Of a stretch of DNA of 64,000 nt, positions 42,243 to 52,048 are shown in pieces. Source of the DNA: a virus. Taxonomy: Duplodnaviria; Caudoviricetes. The stretch lies in the IMG/VR virus record IMGVR_UViG_3300021387_000573, positions 32,001 to 96,000 of that record. The stretch is one strand, 5' to 3'. Below the pieces are notes generated by a model. That model was given only the letters and a program-made list of their open reading frames with translations, searched no databases and was not told the DNA's origin. The position numbers and the translations under genes were made by a program. Numbering within the stretch: the first letter of the stretch is position 1; each line of letters starts with the position of its first letter.

Positions 42243-42622
42243 ACAAATATAAAAAGATCATCGCTGCCGTCTGCGTCTTGGTCGTGATTGTTCTTCTCTC
42301 GTGGGGATTATCCCCGGTTGGCAGAGCTAATATCAATGAGTGGTTTTTCCACGTCCAAAAAGCAGACGATGTAACGAGCTACAAGACGCGGAAGAATGTT
42401 GAAGATACATGCCGTTCCATGATTGCCAGTTACACAAGCGACATAATGATGTACGAGCAATATAAAGACAGCGAAGATGAAGATAAACAGTCTTGGGCTG
42501 AGATGGCGCGTATTCGGGCAAATAAAACAGCGGTTTCTTACAATGAGTATATCTTGAAAAACTCGTTTGTATGGGATGGCAATATCCCGAGTGATATCAC
42601 ACATGAACTTCCCTATATCTAA
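42239..42622 (+). CDS. Membrane-anchored hypothetical protein
   Basis: N-terminal hydrophobic helix; overlaps the lipoprotein stop. Confidence 0.55.
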   Translation: MNKYKKIIAAVCVLVVIVLLSWGLSPVGRANINEWFFHVQKADDVTSYKTRKNVEDTCRSMIASYTSDIMMYEQYKDSEDEDKQSWAEMARIRANKTAVSYNEYILKNSFVWDGNIPSDITHELPYI

Positions 42623-43343
42623 GCATGGAGGCGGTTGATGAAAACGAATCGAGGCTTTGAACTGCAATACTTCGACGATGATTATGGAGCAAAATGCTCC
42701 ATCCAGGAAAGCAGCGCAGTGGTACCTCATGTATGGCTTGGGGTTCACAATCCTCCGCACAAAGTTATGTGGAGCAGCGCGGGAAAGTACGGGATAGAGA
42801 TAGACGAAAAAGCCGGGTGGTATGACTACCCGATTCCGGAAGAAGTTCTTGTAGAAAGACGGATGCACTTGAACCAGAAGCAGGCGCGAGAGCTTGCGAG
42901 GAAACTTGAATTCTTTTCCGTGTGCGGCTATCTGCCGGAGGAGGAATGATATGTCTTATTGGGACGATTATGACGACGGCTGGGGCGATCCGCCCAAGAA
43001 TCAGCGAATGAGCAGTAAACGCAGCCATCCGTTTGCCATCACATGCCGGAGCTGCGGTTCAAACTCTGTCAAAGTCATTGCCTACGAACACCAGGATCTT
43101 GGAATCGAGTGTTGCCGCTGTGGGGAGTATATCAACTGCGGAATCTATTACACAGACAAAGGAGACTATTCCAAATGCTGAAAAAGTATCTGATTACATT
43201 CTGGAACGTAGATGGAACGGATGCCTACAGCGTCGTCATGGAATCGGAGCCATGCAAACTGAGCGAAACTGTAAACAAATGGGCAGAGAAGAACCGGAAG
43301 AAAATCAAGAATGCAATCGCTTATGAGCAGCGGGAGATTATCA

Positions 43344-43721
43344 ATGGCTGAACTGAGAAGATGTCCTCATTGTAATAAACGAGTCGAATTTGTTGAGCTG
43401 CAAGGCGGTTATGCTATCGTGTGTTCGGATCATAATTGTCTTGGCGGCATGCAGATTCACTACGGACTGAAAGATGATTGCGAGATTTTCAAACAAAAGC
43501 TCATTTCAAACTGGAACCGCAGAACACCGGATGTCATGGCGGTTGCAGCGGCTGTAAACTGCATTGAAGAGTTTCGCGACGAGCTGTATGAAAGCTGCCA
43601 GGAGCCATACGATGAGCATGGCGCGTGCTGTATTGAAACGGCGAACGAAATTCTGAACAGACTGTTGTGCTTTACAAGCCAGGAAGCTGTTGACGCATGG
43701 GAGAAAGAGGCTATTTCATGA
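43344..43721 (+). CDS. Lar (restriction alleviation)-like Zn-finger protein
   Basis: ELRRCPHC...C...C...WNRR signature. Confidence 0.5.
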   Translation: MAELRRCPHCNKRVEFVELQGGYAIVCSDHNCLGGMQIHYGLKDDCEIFKQKLISNWNRRTPDVMAVAAAVNCIEEFRDELYESCQEPYDEHGACCIETANEILNRLLCFTSQEAVDAWEKEAIS

Positions 43722-44134
43722 GAGAAATTCTTTTTAGAGGTAAACGCCTGGATAGCGGCGAGTGGATATACGGCGATCTGGTCAATGCAAATGAAATGCG
43801 CACAGGTGCTCGTCGTGTTGAAATATGGGTTCCGCAGCCGGACGGTGTATGTGATCCATGGAATTTGGAGTATGGGGTTGTCGATCCTGAAACAGTCGGC
43901 CAGTATACTGGCTTGCTTGACAAGAATGGAGTAAAAGTCTTCGATGGCGATATCATCATGATTGACGATTGTATCCGGCTTGAAAGAGTTGTGTTTAAAA
44001 TGGGCTGTTTCTACGGGCAAGAGAAGATCCCTGCTGGCTACAATCTTAAACCTCTGGAAGCGTACTGCTATGCACATGGGCCCGTAATGGAAGTGATAGG
44101 GAACATCTATGATAACCCAGAGTTACTGGCATAG
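43718..44134 (+). CDS. YopX family protein
   Basis: MREILFRGK, GQYTGLLDKNG.KVFDGDI, EVIGNIYDNPELL. Confidence 0.85.
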   Translation: MREILFRGKRLDSGEWIYGDLVNANEMRTGARRVEIWVPQPDGVCDPWNLEYGVVDPETVGQYTGLLDKNGVKVFDGDIIMIDDCIRLERVVFKMGCFYGQEKIPAGYNLKPLEAYCYAHGPVMEVIGNIYDNPELLA

Positions 44135-44961
44135 GAGATTGCATGAACGAAGCATTAGCAAAGGTTTTGGATTTTGTTTCAAGGAACGAAGATTATCATT
44201 ATTCCAGGTTGACATGTGGCGAGAAACAAACAGATGATCTAATGAATACATCTGCTGCTGTTGCCTTCCAGAAAGTAAGGTATTTTATTGAAGACCTTAT
44301 GGACGAATGATAAAACGACTGTTTGATTACCACATATACCACAATATATAGATGTTGAGAAGCGAGTGAACACAATATAATGAAAGAATACATAGAACGA
44401 GAGAAGGCTTTGTCTGCACAAAACAAATCCATGAACCTGAACGAGATGCGAGAGCGTCTGAAACGTATCCCTGCCGCCAATGTGCAGCCGGTGGTCTTCT
44501 GTAAGAACTGCGCCGTTCCGCATAACCAATGGACAGGCTGTCCGAAGCTCGGCGGACTCGTAACAGAGCCGGACTTCTACTGCGCCTTTGGCGAGCCGAA
44601 AGGAGATTTAAAATGATCTACATGGTTGCTAAGCAATATAAAAATGGAGAGCTCAGATTTATGCATTCTGGGCGATCCAGCACACCATTTGCCACCGAGA
44701 ACCTGTCTGCGGCAAAAGCTATGGCTACTCACGCGCAGCGCAGTGCGTGGAAGGATGTTAGTGAAGTCGTGATTTTTGAATGTGACTTCAGAACAATGGA
44801 CATCATGGCGATTGATGTTCGCCCGGTTAAGCACACTCCTGCAGAGCCATGGGAATTGCAGAGTAATAAAACACAGATTTAATCATCGTATTTTCTCCAC
44901 GAATTACACTTTTCGTATAATTACTGGAGCAAATATGACTACTTTTCAATAAGGAGGATGC

Positions 44962-45552
44962 ATGACTCTCACCAAGAAACAGATTGCGGCAATCCAGCGC
45001 GTTATTATTAACTGTGTTTCAGATCCGAGACACAAAGATATGTCAGGAGAAGCACCTGTGTCGGATGGTATTATCATTACAGATGGGCATGTCTTGCTTC
45101 ATGCTCCGGAATCTCTCGGATTCAAACAGCAGAATGAATCGGATTCGAAGAGCGCGGAGCGTATGAACAAGTATTCCCATGCTGCCTTTGATGATTACGG
45201 TGCCGACTTCTACCGCGTCGAGGAGCCGATTCCGAACGGAAAGTCATCCTCTAAACTTCGTGTCATGCTGAAGGAGCATACCTTCATGTCTGATGATGGG
45301 CAGCATGTCGTTGTTTCTTTGTCTTCTCATGATATCAGAGGCGATGAAGTGTGGTCAGTTTTTGACTACGGCAACCTTGTCAACGCATTTGAAGCTGTTG
45401 GCAAAGATGCCATTGCTTACATCGGAAACAGCGCCAACTTACATTGCCCAGAACCGTATCTGATCATAGAGCCGGAATACGACTATGGCAATTTGAGTCA
45501 GGGAATTCACGCAGTTGTCATGCCTTGCCGTACAAGCAGGAGGAAGCCGTGA
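44962..45552 (+). CDS. Hypothetical protein, possibly beta-clamp-like fold
   Basis: ITDGH.L and terminal VVMP motifs only. Confidence 0.3.
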   Translation: MTLTKKQIAAIQRVIINCVSDPRHKDMSGEAPVSDGIIITDGHVLLHAPESLGFKQQNESDSKSAERMNKYSHAAFDDYGADFYRVEEPIPNGKSSSKLRVMLKEHTFMSDDGQHVVVSLSSHDIRGDEVWSVFDYGNLVNAFEAVGKDAIAYIGNSANLHCPEPYLIIEPEYDYGNLSQGIHAVVMPCRTSRRKP

Positions 45553-46534
45553 GAGATACTTATTCCGGCGGATACAAGGCCGCGCTCTTGGATGTATATA
45601 ACTTTCTGGAACGCGGACGACCTATCGAAGAGACATGCAGATCTAAGAAGCAGTATCAAACAATGGTGCGTTCTCTTCTGGAATTGCTTCTCCTGGATAG
45701 CATCGCCAGAGAAGACTTCATGATTTTTGGTGGTGCCTGCTGGGTGAAGCAAGCGCCGGACGGCAAGATCCTTTCTGTCAGCGCGAATAAAACAAAGGAT
45801 TGATCTCGGCTATACATATCAATTATAGGAGGTGCCGCTTATGGCCGAGTTTTGCAAAGACTGTTTTCTTGAGATCAATCCGTTGAAAGAGAATGAAACC
45901 GTCGTCCTCTCCGCGCAAGACGACCTGGATCTCTGCGAGGGTTGCGGGCATTGGAAGCGCGTGGTCGTCAGGATCAGACACAAGAACATCATTGATAGGC
46001 TCAAAGAGAATCATAACAAGAATTGACGCCGTAACAGCGTCATGGTAAAATCAAAACACAACATTAGGAGGAAATGAAAATGCAGAAGTATGGTGTTATT
46101 AAGACAGTAGGCAATGAGACCACCGTTCTCGAAGTGTGTAGCAGCAAGGAAGGCGCTTTTGTTGGCAAACAGCGCTACCGTGACGCCTATAAAGGGCAGG
46201 ATGTGCAGATCGACGCCATCAAGGGCGAGTTCGACGAGAACGGGAAGCTGGTCTACAACAAGTACACACTCCTGTACGAGCTCTGAGCATTGTTAAAAAG
46301 GAGGCGGCTCGGTTATGTGGTTAATATATGTCATTGGTTTCTTTGCGTTGCTCTTCTGGCTGGTGGACGGCATCCTGAATGCCACCGGCTGGACTGATCC
46401 TAAGGAACGCCGAGCCGCCAAGGCTTTTATCTTCACCAGTATGCTGAACGATAAGACGCCGAATGGCAAATAAAAGAGTGGTTTGATCCGCCTCGGCTGA
46501 GGTTGGGGCGGATAAAATTATCTCCACAAAACTG

Positions 46535-46563
46535 TTGACAAATGTAAAATCGTATGGTAGAAT
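46535..46563 (+). promoter_or_regulatory. Sigma-A promoter in the conserved box upstream of the recombinase
   Basis: TTGACA-17-TAGAAT with extended TG. Confidence 0.75.
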
Positions 46564-46595
46564 CTCATTGAAAGTTAGCCAAGGAGGTTTGAACC

Positions 46596-47564
46596 ATGAA
46601 GAGCATGATCGAAGGCAGCAACGTCTTGAAGCCCGATTTCGGCTGGTACAACGAGCCGCAGCAAACTGAGATCGTAGAGATTGCCAGCAATGAGAAGCGT
46701 GAGCATTGCGGCAAAAGAGTGGGGCAGAAGTCTGAAGTGTTCGCTTACGAACCCGCCGATGCCGCAAAAATGATTGCCTATTTCGCCTCGCATCAAAAGT
46801 GGATTCACTATCTCCTGTTTACGATTCAGACGATCTCCGCCCGCCGAATCGGTGATCTGATCGGGTATTGCAGTAAGCAGAGCGGTAAAAAGGAAAGCGA
46901 CGGGCTTCTCTGGTGTGATTTCTTCCATCCAGCGAACGGCAAGTTTCGTAGAGAGATCCGTTCTTTCAAGGAACAGAAGACCGGCAAACTGGCCAGTCCC
47001 ATGATTCCGGAGGCGATGCGTGATGCCATCACGCTCTATTGCGAGAAAACAGGCTGTGATCCATCGGCAAACAACTATCAAAACCCTGTTTTTCTCCAGC
47101 TTTCCGGGACGCACAAGGGTAAGGTTGTTTCCTATGCAGGCGTTCAAAAGGCGCTGAAAGAAGCTGCTGCTGCATGCGAGATCGAGTACAATGTCGGCAC
47201 ACACAGCGCCAGAAAGACATTCGGTGCCGCAACGAAAATGCTCCATCCCGGCGACGCCTCTTGTATCGAGGCGTTGCAAGGCTACTATAACCATAGTTCC
47301 AGTGCTATTACAAACCGATACATTGGTCTGACGAAAAAGAAGACTGACGGTTATGTTGAGGACATGGGAAAATTCTTCAATGAATACATCGTTGGCGGCA
47401 AAGAGATCCCAATGCAGATTGCGTCTCCGGTAATCTCAGTAGATACTGAGGCTCTGTTCCAGTTAATCCAGCAAGCGTTCTACGCAGGGAAGAACAGCGA
47501 TGGTTCAAACGACGCAGCTCTTGTCATCGAATTAACCAAGCAGATCAACAACATCAGGAAGTGA
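46596..47564 (+). CDS. Tyrosine recombinase/integrase
   Basis: Full catalytic set: RRIGD, EQKTGK, HSARKTF, NHSS, TNRYIG. Confidence 0.9.
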   Translation: MKSMIEGSNVLKPDFGWYNEPQQTEIVEIASNEKREHCGKRVGQKSEVFAYEPADAAKMIAYFASHQKWIHYLLFTIQTISARRIGDLIGYCSKQSGKKESDGLLWCDFFHPANGKFRREIRSFKEQKTGKLASPMIPEAMRDAITLYCEKTGCDPSANNYQNPVFLQLSGTHKGKVVSYAGVQKALKEAAAACEIEYNVGTHSARKTFGAATKMLHPGDASCIEALQGYYNHSSSAITNRYIGLTKKKTDGYVEDMGKFFNEYIVGGKEIPMQIASPVISVDTEALFQLIQQAFYAGKNSDGSNDAALVIELTKQINNIRK

Positions 47565-47765
47565 GGGAATATGCAGACGGCAATCATTATAATTCTGGCG
47601 GTTGCTCTGGCGGTTGTGAGTTTTCTTTACTACCGCCAGGGGAAACTCCTCGATAAAATCAGCGCGAAATACATAAGCGACCATCGTTGTTTGCAAAATT
47701 TTGCTAAGGCTTTCCTGACAGAAGAATAAAAATTACAAAACAGTAAAATTTTGTTGCCAAAACTG

Positions 47766-47794
47766 TTGACAAATGTATAATGTTTTGATATAAT
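47766..47794 (+). promoter_or_regulatory. Consensus sigma-A promoter in the conserved box upstream of mazF
   Basis: TTGACA-17-TATAAT. Confidence 0.8.
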
Positions 47795-47827
47795 GTCATC
47801 GAAATCAAAAGAAAGGAAGATGACGTT

Positions 47828-48229
47828 ATGTCGGATCATAGGCAGCAGAGTTATCCTCGTTGTTATGAGATATGGATGTGCGATCTTGGCAGCAATGGCG
47901 TCGGGATACAGAGTGGTTATCGTCCTGTTCTGATCCTGTCAAATGACAGAAATAATCTGTTCTCTCCGACAGTTAACGTCGCTCCTCTGACAACAAAAAT
48001 GAACAAACGTAATCTGCCGGTTCATGTGGAGCTCTGGAACAACAGGGCGTATGGCCTGCTCTCTCCAAGCACGATTCTGATCGAGCAGCTTACAACTGTT
48101 CATGTCAACGCGCTCGACAGAAAGATTGGGCAGATCACGGATGATGAAACGCTGGCCCAAATTTATACCGCAGTCAGTGTCCAGTTCCCGATCATTCAGG
48201 CGTTATCAACTCTTCCTCTTACTTCTTAA
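47828..48229 (+). CDS. mazF: PemK/MazF family endoribonuclease
   Basis: EIWMCDL...QSGYRPVLILSND..N..SPTVNVAPLTT...LPVHV...S.IL.EQL.TV. Confidence 0.85.
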   Translation: MSDHRQQSYPRCYEIWMCDLGSNGVGIQSGYRPVLILSNDRNNLFSPTVNVAPLTTKMNKRNLPVHVELWNNRAYGLLSPSTILIEQLTTVHVNALDRKIGQITDDETLAQIYTAVSVQFPIIQALSTLPLTS

Positions 48230-48243
48230 AGCAGTTATAACTG

Positions 48244-48272
48244 TTGACAAATGTAATAAGATACTATATATT
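48244..48272 (+). promoter_or_regulatory. Promoter in the conserved box upstream of the MrpR-like gene
   Basis: TTGACA-17-TATATT. Confidence 0.6.
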
Positions 48273-48290
48273 GAGGAAGAGGTGATGACT

Positions 48291-49319
48291 ATGGCATCAA
48301 ATACGTTTGATGTGTTTGCGCGATTTTGTGAACAGTCCTTTCCAGATGAAACAAGACGCGGCAGAATCTACAATCTACTTGCAAGAAAAGAGCTCTTGGA
48401 GGAAGAAGCGAAGCTCAATAAAAGCTTCTTTGATTTTTCGGCCAGCGAGATAGAGCATTATCTGAGCAATTTATATAACAACGCATATCGCCGCAGTGAT
48501 AAGATTCGCCCATCCAAATCTTATCTCCGCAATCTGGTTAGTTATTATCGCAGAGCCTTTGCATTCTATCTTGCCGAAACCGGCGGCGGAGAGAACCCAT
48601 TAGAAGACAAGCGTTTTCGCTATCTTGGATTTAAGAGCCAGGATAATGTCACAATTTTTACGAGAGAAACGCTGGAGAACCTTTGCCTTTCTATCGGTGA
48701 TAGATTCGATCCGGGTGACGCAGAGTTTACACAGCTTATTCTCTGGTTGTTTTATTCCGGATGTTTCTCACTGGATGATATCCTTGCTATTCCGCAGGAT
48801 GGAGTTGACTTTGTAAGGAATATCGTCCACCTTCCAGATAGAAATATTCATCCGCAAGAGGAATGCATGGAATTGCTGAGGCGGAACCACGAGATTGAGA
48901 GTTACAAAGCTTATAAATACACCAATCTAATGTTTCCTTATCACGGCAGTTATGTGTGGTTCCCGTATCGTATGACGAAGACGCCGGATGGCTCCGATCC
49001 TTATGACTATGCCTATCGGCAACACCAAGAGCGTACAGAAGGGCGTGTCAGAGACCTGATCAGCAAGCGGCTTACCAAGATCCGTAACGAGATAGGTGTC
49101 TTTATTCGCCCAGATGCACTGTACTATCGCGGTATTTATGATTATATCGTTTCTAAGTGCGGCAAGCAGCATGCTAAGGAAATCATATGGTCAGATACTG
49201 GGCGCAATACCTTTGAAGAATCCGATGAGTTTAAGCAATATCTTCGTGAGTATGGGGCCAGGATAACCGATGATTCAGAGATATACAAAATAAAGCGAAG
49301 TCTTTTTGAATTCCTGTAA
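48291..49319 (+). CDS. MrpR(YopR)-like repressor with degenerate tyrosine-recombinase fold
   Basis: E..LNKSFFDFSASEI, ENPL, IFTRE.L, LILWLFYSG...DI, IRP.ALYY.G; no HxxR catalytic motif. Confidence 0.55.
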   Translation: MASNTFDVFARFCEQSFPDETRRGRIYNLLARKELLEEEAKLNKSFFDFSASEIEHYLSNLYNNAYRRSDKIRPSKSYLRNLVSYYRRAFAFYLAETGGGENPLEDKRFRYLGFKSQDNVTIFTRETLENLCLSIGDRFDPGDAEFTQLILWLFYSGCFSLDDILAIPQDGVDFVRNIVHLPDRNIHPQEECMELLRRNHEIESYKAYKYTNLMFPYHGSYVWFPYRMTKTPDGSDPYDYAYRQHQERTEGRVRDLISKRLTKIRNEIGVFIRPDALYYRGIYDYIVSKCGKQHAKEIIWSDTGRNTFEESDEFKQYLREYGARITDDSEIYKIKRSLFEFL

Positions 49320-49323
49320 TAGC

Positions 49324-49348
49324 CAATGGGAGCATTTTGCTCCCATTG
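49324..49348 (+). terminator. Hairpin terminator after the MrpR-like gene
   Basis: CAATGGGAGCA/TGCTCCCATTG, 11-bp stem. Confidence 0.55.
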
Positions 49349-49388
49349 ATGAAAAAATTAAACGCATTCAAAAGAAACAAAAATCGAG

Positions 49389-50060
49389 GTGAAGGCATTG
49401 TCCCTTTGTTATGTGATTGCGGATTCCAGCGGTCGGTATATCATGAAAAACGCAGCCAATCAGTACGTGCCGGTCTACGATCTTGACTATGCCGAGAAAT
49501 ATGATTCGCCGACAAAGGCAAAGAACGTACTAAATTCCTGTATCAACCGCAATATGCGCAAACTTTTCAGCGTAAAAGAAACTGAGATTGACGAGAAAGA
49601 AACCGTCACTCGGCAGACCAAGACCGAGCAAACACCAGATATATCGGTCAAGATTACATATCGTCCAAAACAGGATCAACTTCGACGGCTGGCGGCACAG
49701 GAGGTAGGAGAGGAAGATCTATCGTTCTCTAAGAGCAATATTCTCAGCGCCATTGGTAATATAGAATCAGTGCGCGAGAGAAAACTTGCGCTCCAAGAGC
49801 AACACAGCGTTATCGAAAAAGAGATTATGGACATCGAACACTACATCGAACTGAGCGATGGTCTGAACGCCTATCAGGGCTGGCTGGCTTACATGACGCT
49901 GCGTAAGCGGCTCAAGATACGCCGGCAGGTAAAAGATGAGATCACGGTGCTTTCAGATGTTGAGGATGTCATGAGCGGTCTGAAGAAAACAATATCTAAG
50001 ATCAACGGTTTGAATGGACGCAGGTATGAACCTCGTGTTCTGACGGAACTTTTCACATAA
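49389..50060 (+). CDS. Hypothetical coiled-coil protein
   Basis: 223 aa; DIEHYIE...RR.VKDE...Y.PRVL. Confidence 0.6.
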   Translation: MKALSLCYVIADSSGRYIMKNAANQYVPVYDLDYAEKYDSPTKAKNVLNSCINRNMRKLFSVKETEIDEKETVTRQTKTEQTPDISVKITYRPKQDQLRRLAAQEVGEEDLSFSKSNILSAIGNIESVRERKLALQEQHSVIEKEIMDIEHYIELSDGLNAYQGWLAYMTLRKRLKIRRQVKDEITVLSDVEDVMSGLKKTISKINGLNGRRYEPRVLTELFT

Positions 50061-50085
50061 CAACACGCATTTGTTGCGTGTTCAT

Positions 50086-50159
50086 GGCCGGTTCGTATAA
50101 CGGTAGTACATCGGACTTTGACTCCGGCAGCGATGGTTCGACCCCATCACCGGCTGCCA
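50086..50159 (+). tRNA. tRNA-Gln(UUG)
   Basis: TCGGA-CT-TTG-AC-TCCGG arm, GGTTCGA, CCA end. Confidence 0.85.
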
Positions 50160-50189
50160 TAAAAAATATAAAATTCTATAATAAAACTG

Positions 50190-50242
50190 TTGACAAATGC
50201 AAAACGCTTTGCTATAATACAAGAGGGTCAAACGAGAGACCC
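50190..50242 (+). promoter_or_regulatory. Consensus promoter in the conserved box plus leader hairpin, upstream of the tRNA array
   Basis: TTGACA-17-TATAAT, then GGGTC-AAACGAGA-GACCC. Confidence 0.8.
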
Positions 50243-50449
50243 CATAAACAGAGAATCAAATACATTGAAAAGCAACTAAAACCTTGCTGAGTCTAATCTA
50301 CATATTGTCACTATATACCGTCTCCTTCATAGTTCTCCTTCCGAAATTTAGACTCAACTAAAACGCAGCAGACGCCTGCTGTAATCCCAGAGTTGCCCAT
50401 AGGTTGGTGGCACCAGGTCTCTGGGACATAGATTAAAAGGAGAGTCGAT

Positions 50450-50635
50450 ATGACTTACAAGTTCAAATGCCCGTCATGTGGGAAGCAAACAGAGATCCAG
50501 ATGCGAATGAGCGAATATCGATCTGACGGCCATATATGTGAGTGCGGTGCGGAGCTGGTGAGAGATGTGTCAGATATGTGTACCGCCTACTCGCTGAATT
50601 GCACCGGCTTCTACTCGGATCATCCGTCGAGGTGA
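50450..50635 (+). CDS. FmdB-like zinc ribbon protein
   Basis: MTYKFKCPSCG...CECG..L.R...GFY. Confidence 0.65.
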   Translation: MTYKFKCPSCGKQTEIQMRMSEYRSDGHICECGAELVRDVSDMCTAYSLNCTGFYSDHPSR

Positions 50636-50873
50636 GCCATGATAGATTCTGTAGCAAGTTTTCTTGAACGGTACGAATGGGGTTATCCATTCGATCAGAA
50701 CGATGATACCGTTGACCGCGTTGCCATGAAGCGGGAACTTGATCGGCACATGGTGATTGTTGAGAACCAGAGGTTTTATGAGCCAATCTCGGTTAAAACG
50801 CCGCCGAAAAAGAAAGAGTCAAAACGGCACTTTCTTGGCTGTTAATCAAATCGAGGTTTTATCCTCGATATAT

Positions 50874-50949
50874 GCCTCATTAGCTCAGTCGGAAGAGCGG
50901 CGGCTTTGTAATCCGCAGGTCTGGAGTTCGAATCTCCAATGGGGCTCCA
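50874..50949 (+). tRNA. tRNA-Thr(UGU)
   Basis: TAGCTCAGTCGGAAGAGC D-arm, TT-TGT-AA loop, GTTCGAATC, CCA. Confidence 0.85.
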
Positions 50950-51265
50950 CGGCCTTCATGTGCTGCCATCTATCGGTAGCGATACATGCGAAATGATACA
51001 TACGTCGAGCGGGCCTTATAGGCGGGGCGTTAATCACAGGGGAAGGACACACGCCATGCCCTGTCGCTCAAAATGTCCTTCAAAAAGATGCCATCCTGTC
51101 TGTGCAGAGACAGGTGAGGGGCTGCACTCCCCAAAAGGTTCAAGGGCTATCCTTAAGTGCCTCGGACACCTCGCCCGTTGAGGAGGGAAGTGCTGGTAAG
51201 TGCGGGTAAACACCAGACGCCAGAACATAAGGGCATATGGAATGGCAACAATCCCGATTTTATAT

Positions 51266-51352
51266 GGGTCGGTATACCGTATGTGGAAGCGGTGCGGGCT
51301 GTAAACCCGTTGGCTAACGCCTCAGTTGGTTCGACTCCAACGCGGCCCACCA
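51266..51352 (+). tRNA. tRNA-Tyr(GUA)
   Basis: CT-GTA-AA loop, long variable arm, GGTTCGACTCC, CCA. Confidence 0.85.
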
Positions 51353-51450
51353 TCAATCGACCATAAGTGCTTCTCCCGCGCTTTCGGTTGGTCGTCAGGA
51401 GTAAGGTGTGCAATCCTGAGAAAATCGTTTGTGTACACCAGGGAGAACAC

Positions 51451-51526
51451 GCGCCTGTAGCTCAGTTGGTAGAGCACCGCCCTTTTAAGGCGGGTGTCCG
51501 GAGTTCGAACCTCCGCAGGCGCACCA
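51451..51526 (+). tRNA. tRNA-Lys(UUU)
   Basis: CCGCC-CT-TTT-AA-GGCGG arm, canonical D and T arms, CCA. Confidence 0.9.
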
Positions 51527-51531
51527 TATTG

Positions 51532-51608
51532 GGGCCGTTAGCTCAGTCGGTTAGAGCAGTTGACTCATAATCATCAGGTCCTGGGTTCAAGTCCCAGGCG
51601 GCCCACCA
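51532..51608 (+). tRNA. tRNA-Ile2(CAU) (or elongator Met)
   Basis: GGGCCGT acceptor, CT-CAT-AA loop, Ile2-like overall, CCA. Confidence 0.8.
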
Positions 51609-51963
51609 CTCCAATGGGGTTGTGTCCCGGAGGAGAAACAGATTAGTCATTCGAGAAACCGTCAGTGGAGCCGATCTTACGAGGAGGTCTGCGTAGAAGC
51701 TGCGGAGGCGCGATCCCGATCTCTGTAACATTCTCCACCATGGCAGAGACGGTTCAGCGAAAACAATGCTTTCGCGATAGTGTGGATAACGAGAGCTGCC
51801 GGTTCGTTTCAACGGCTTTTGGAATCGGCAAACGCTTGGTTTATGCGGCGGTGCGCAACGCGATAAACCCGTATTCAGCAGAGCGAGTAGATCCTGCTGG
51901 CTGGCTGCGTGAGCCAGGTAGAGCTTGCCGCCGGAGTGAGTGAAAGAAACGCATCCGGCATCT

Positions 51964-52048
51964 GCCCTCGTGGTGGAACTGGTATACACATACGGCTTAA
52001 GTCCGTATGCCGCAAGGATTGAGGGTTCGACTCCCTCCGGGGGCACCA
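51964..52048 (+). tRNA. tRNA-Leu(UAA)
   Basis: GTGGAACTGGTATACAC D-arm, CT-TAA-GT loop, variable arm, CCA. Confidence 0.85.

Larger units (their letters stand above)
35973..46473 (+). other. Second array of about 30 small co-oriented accessory genes, many Cys-rich (recognisable members listed separately)
   Basis: Packed ORFs with RBSs, e.g. 35973-36437, 37467-37727, 37738-38145, 38212-38562, 38921-39226, 39695-40024, 42635-42949, 45549-45803, 46074-46286. Confidence 0.65.

Noticed and set aside
46000-49400. Arbitrium aimR/aimP next to the MrpR-like module
   Set aside because: No HTH-TPR receptor or convincing signal-peptide pheromone gene recognised in this window
51615-51960. tmRNA (GGGG start, CTCCACCA end)
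   Set aside because: No T-arm before the CCA, wrong length and no tag reading frame recognised
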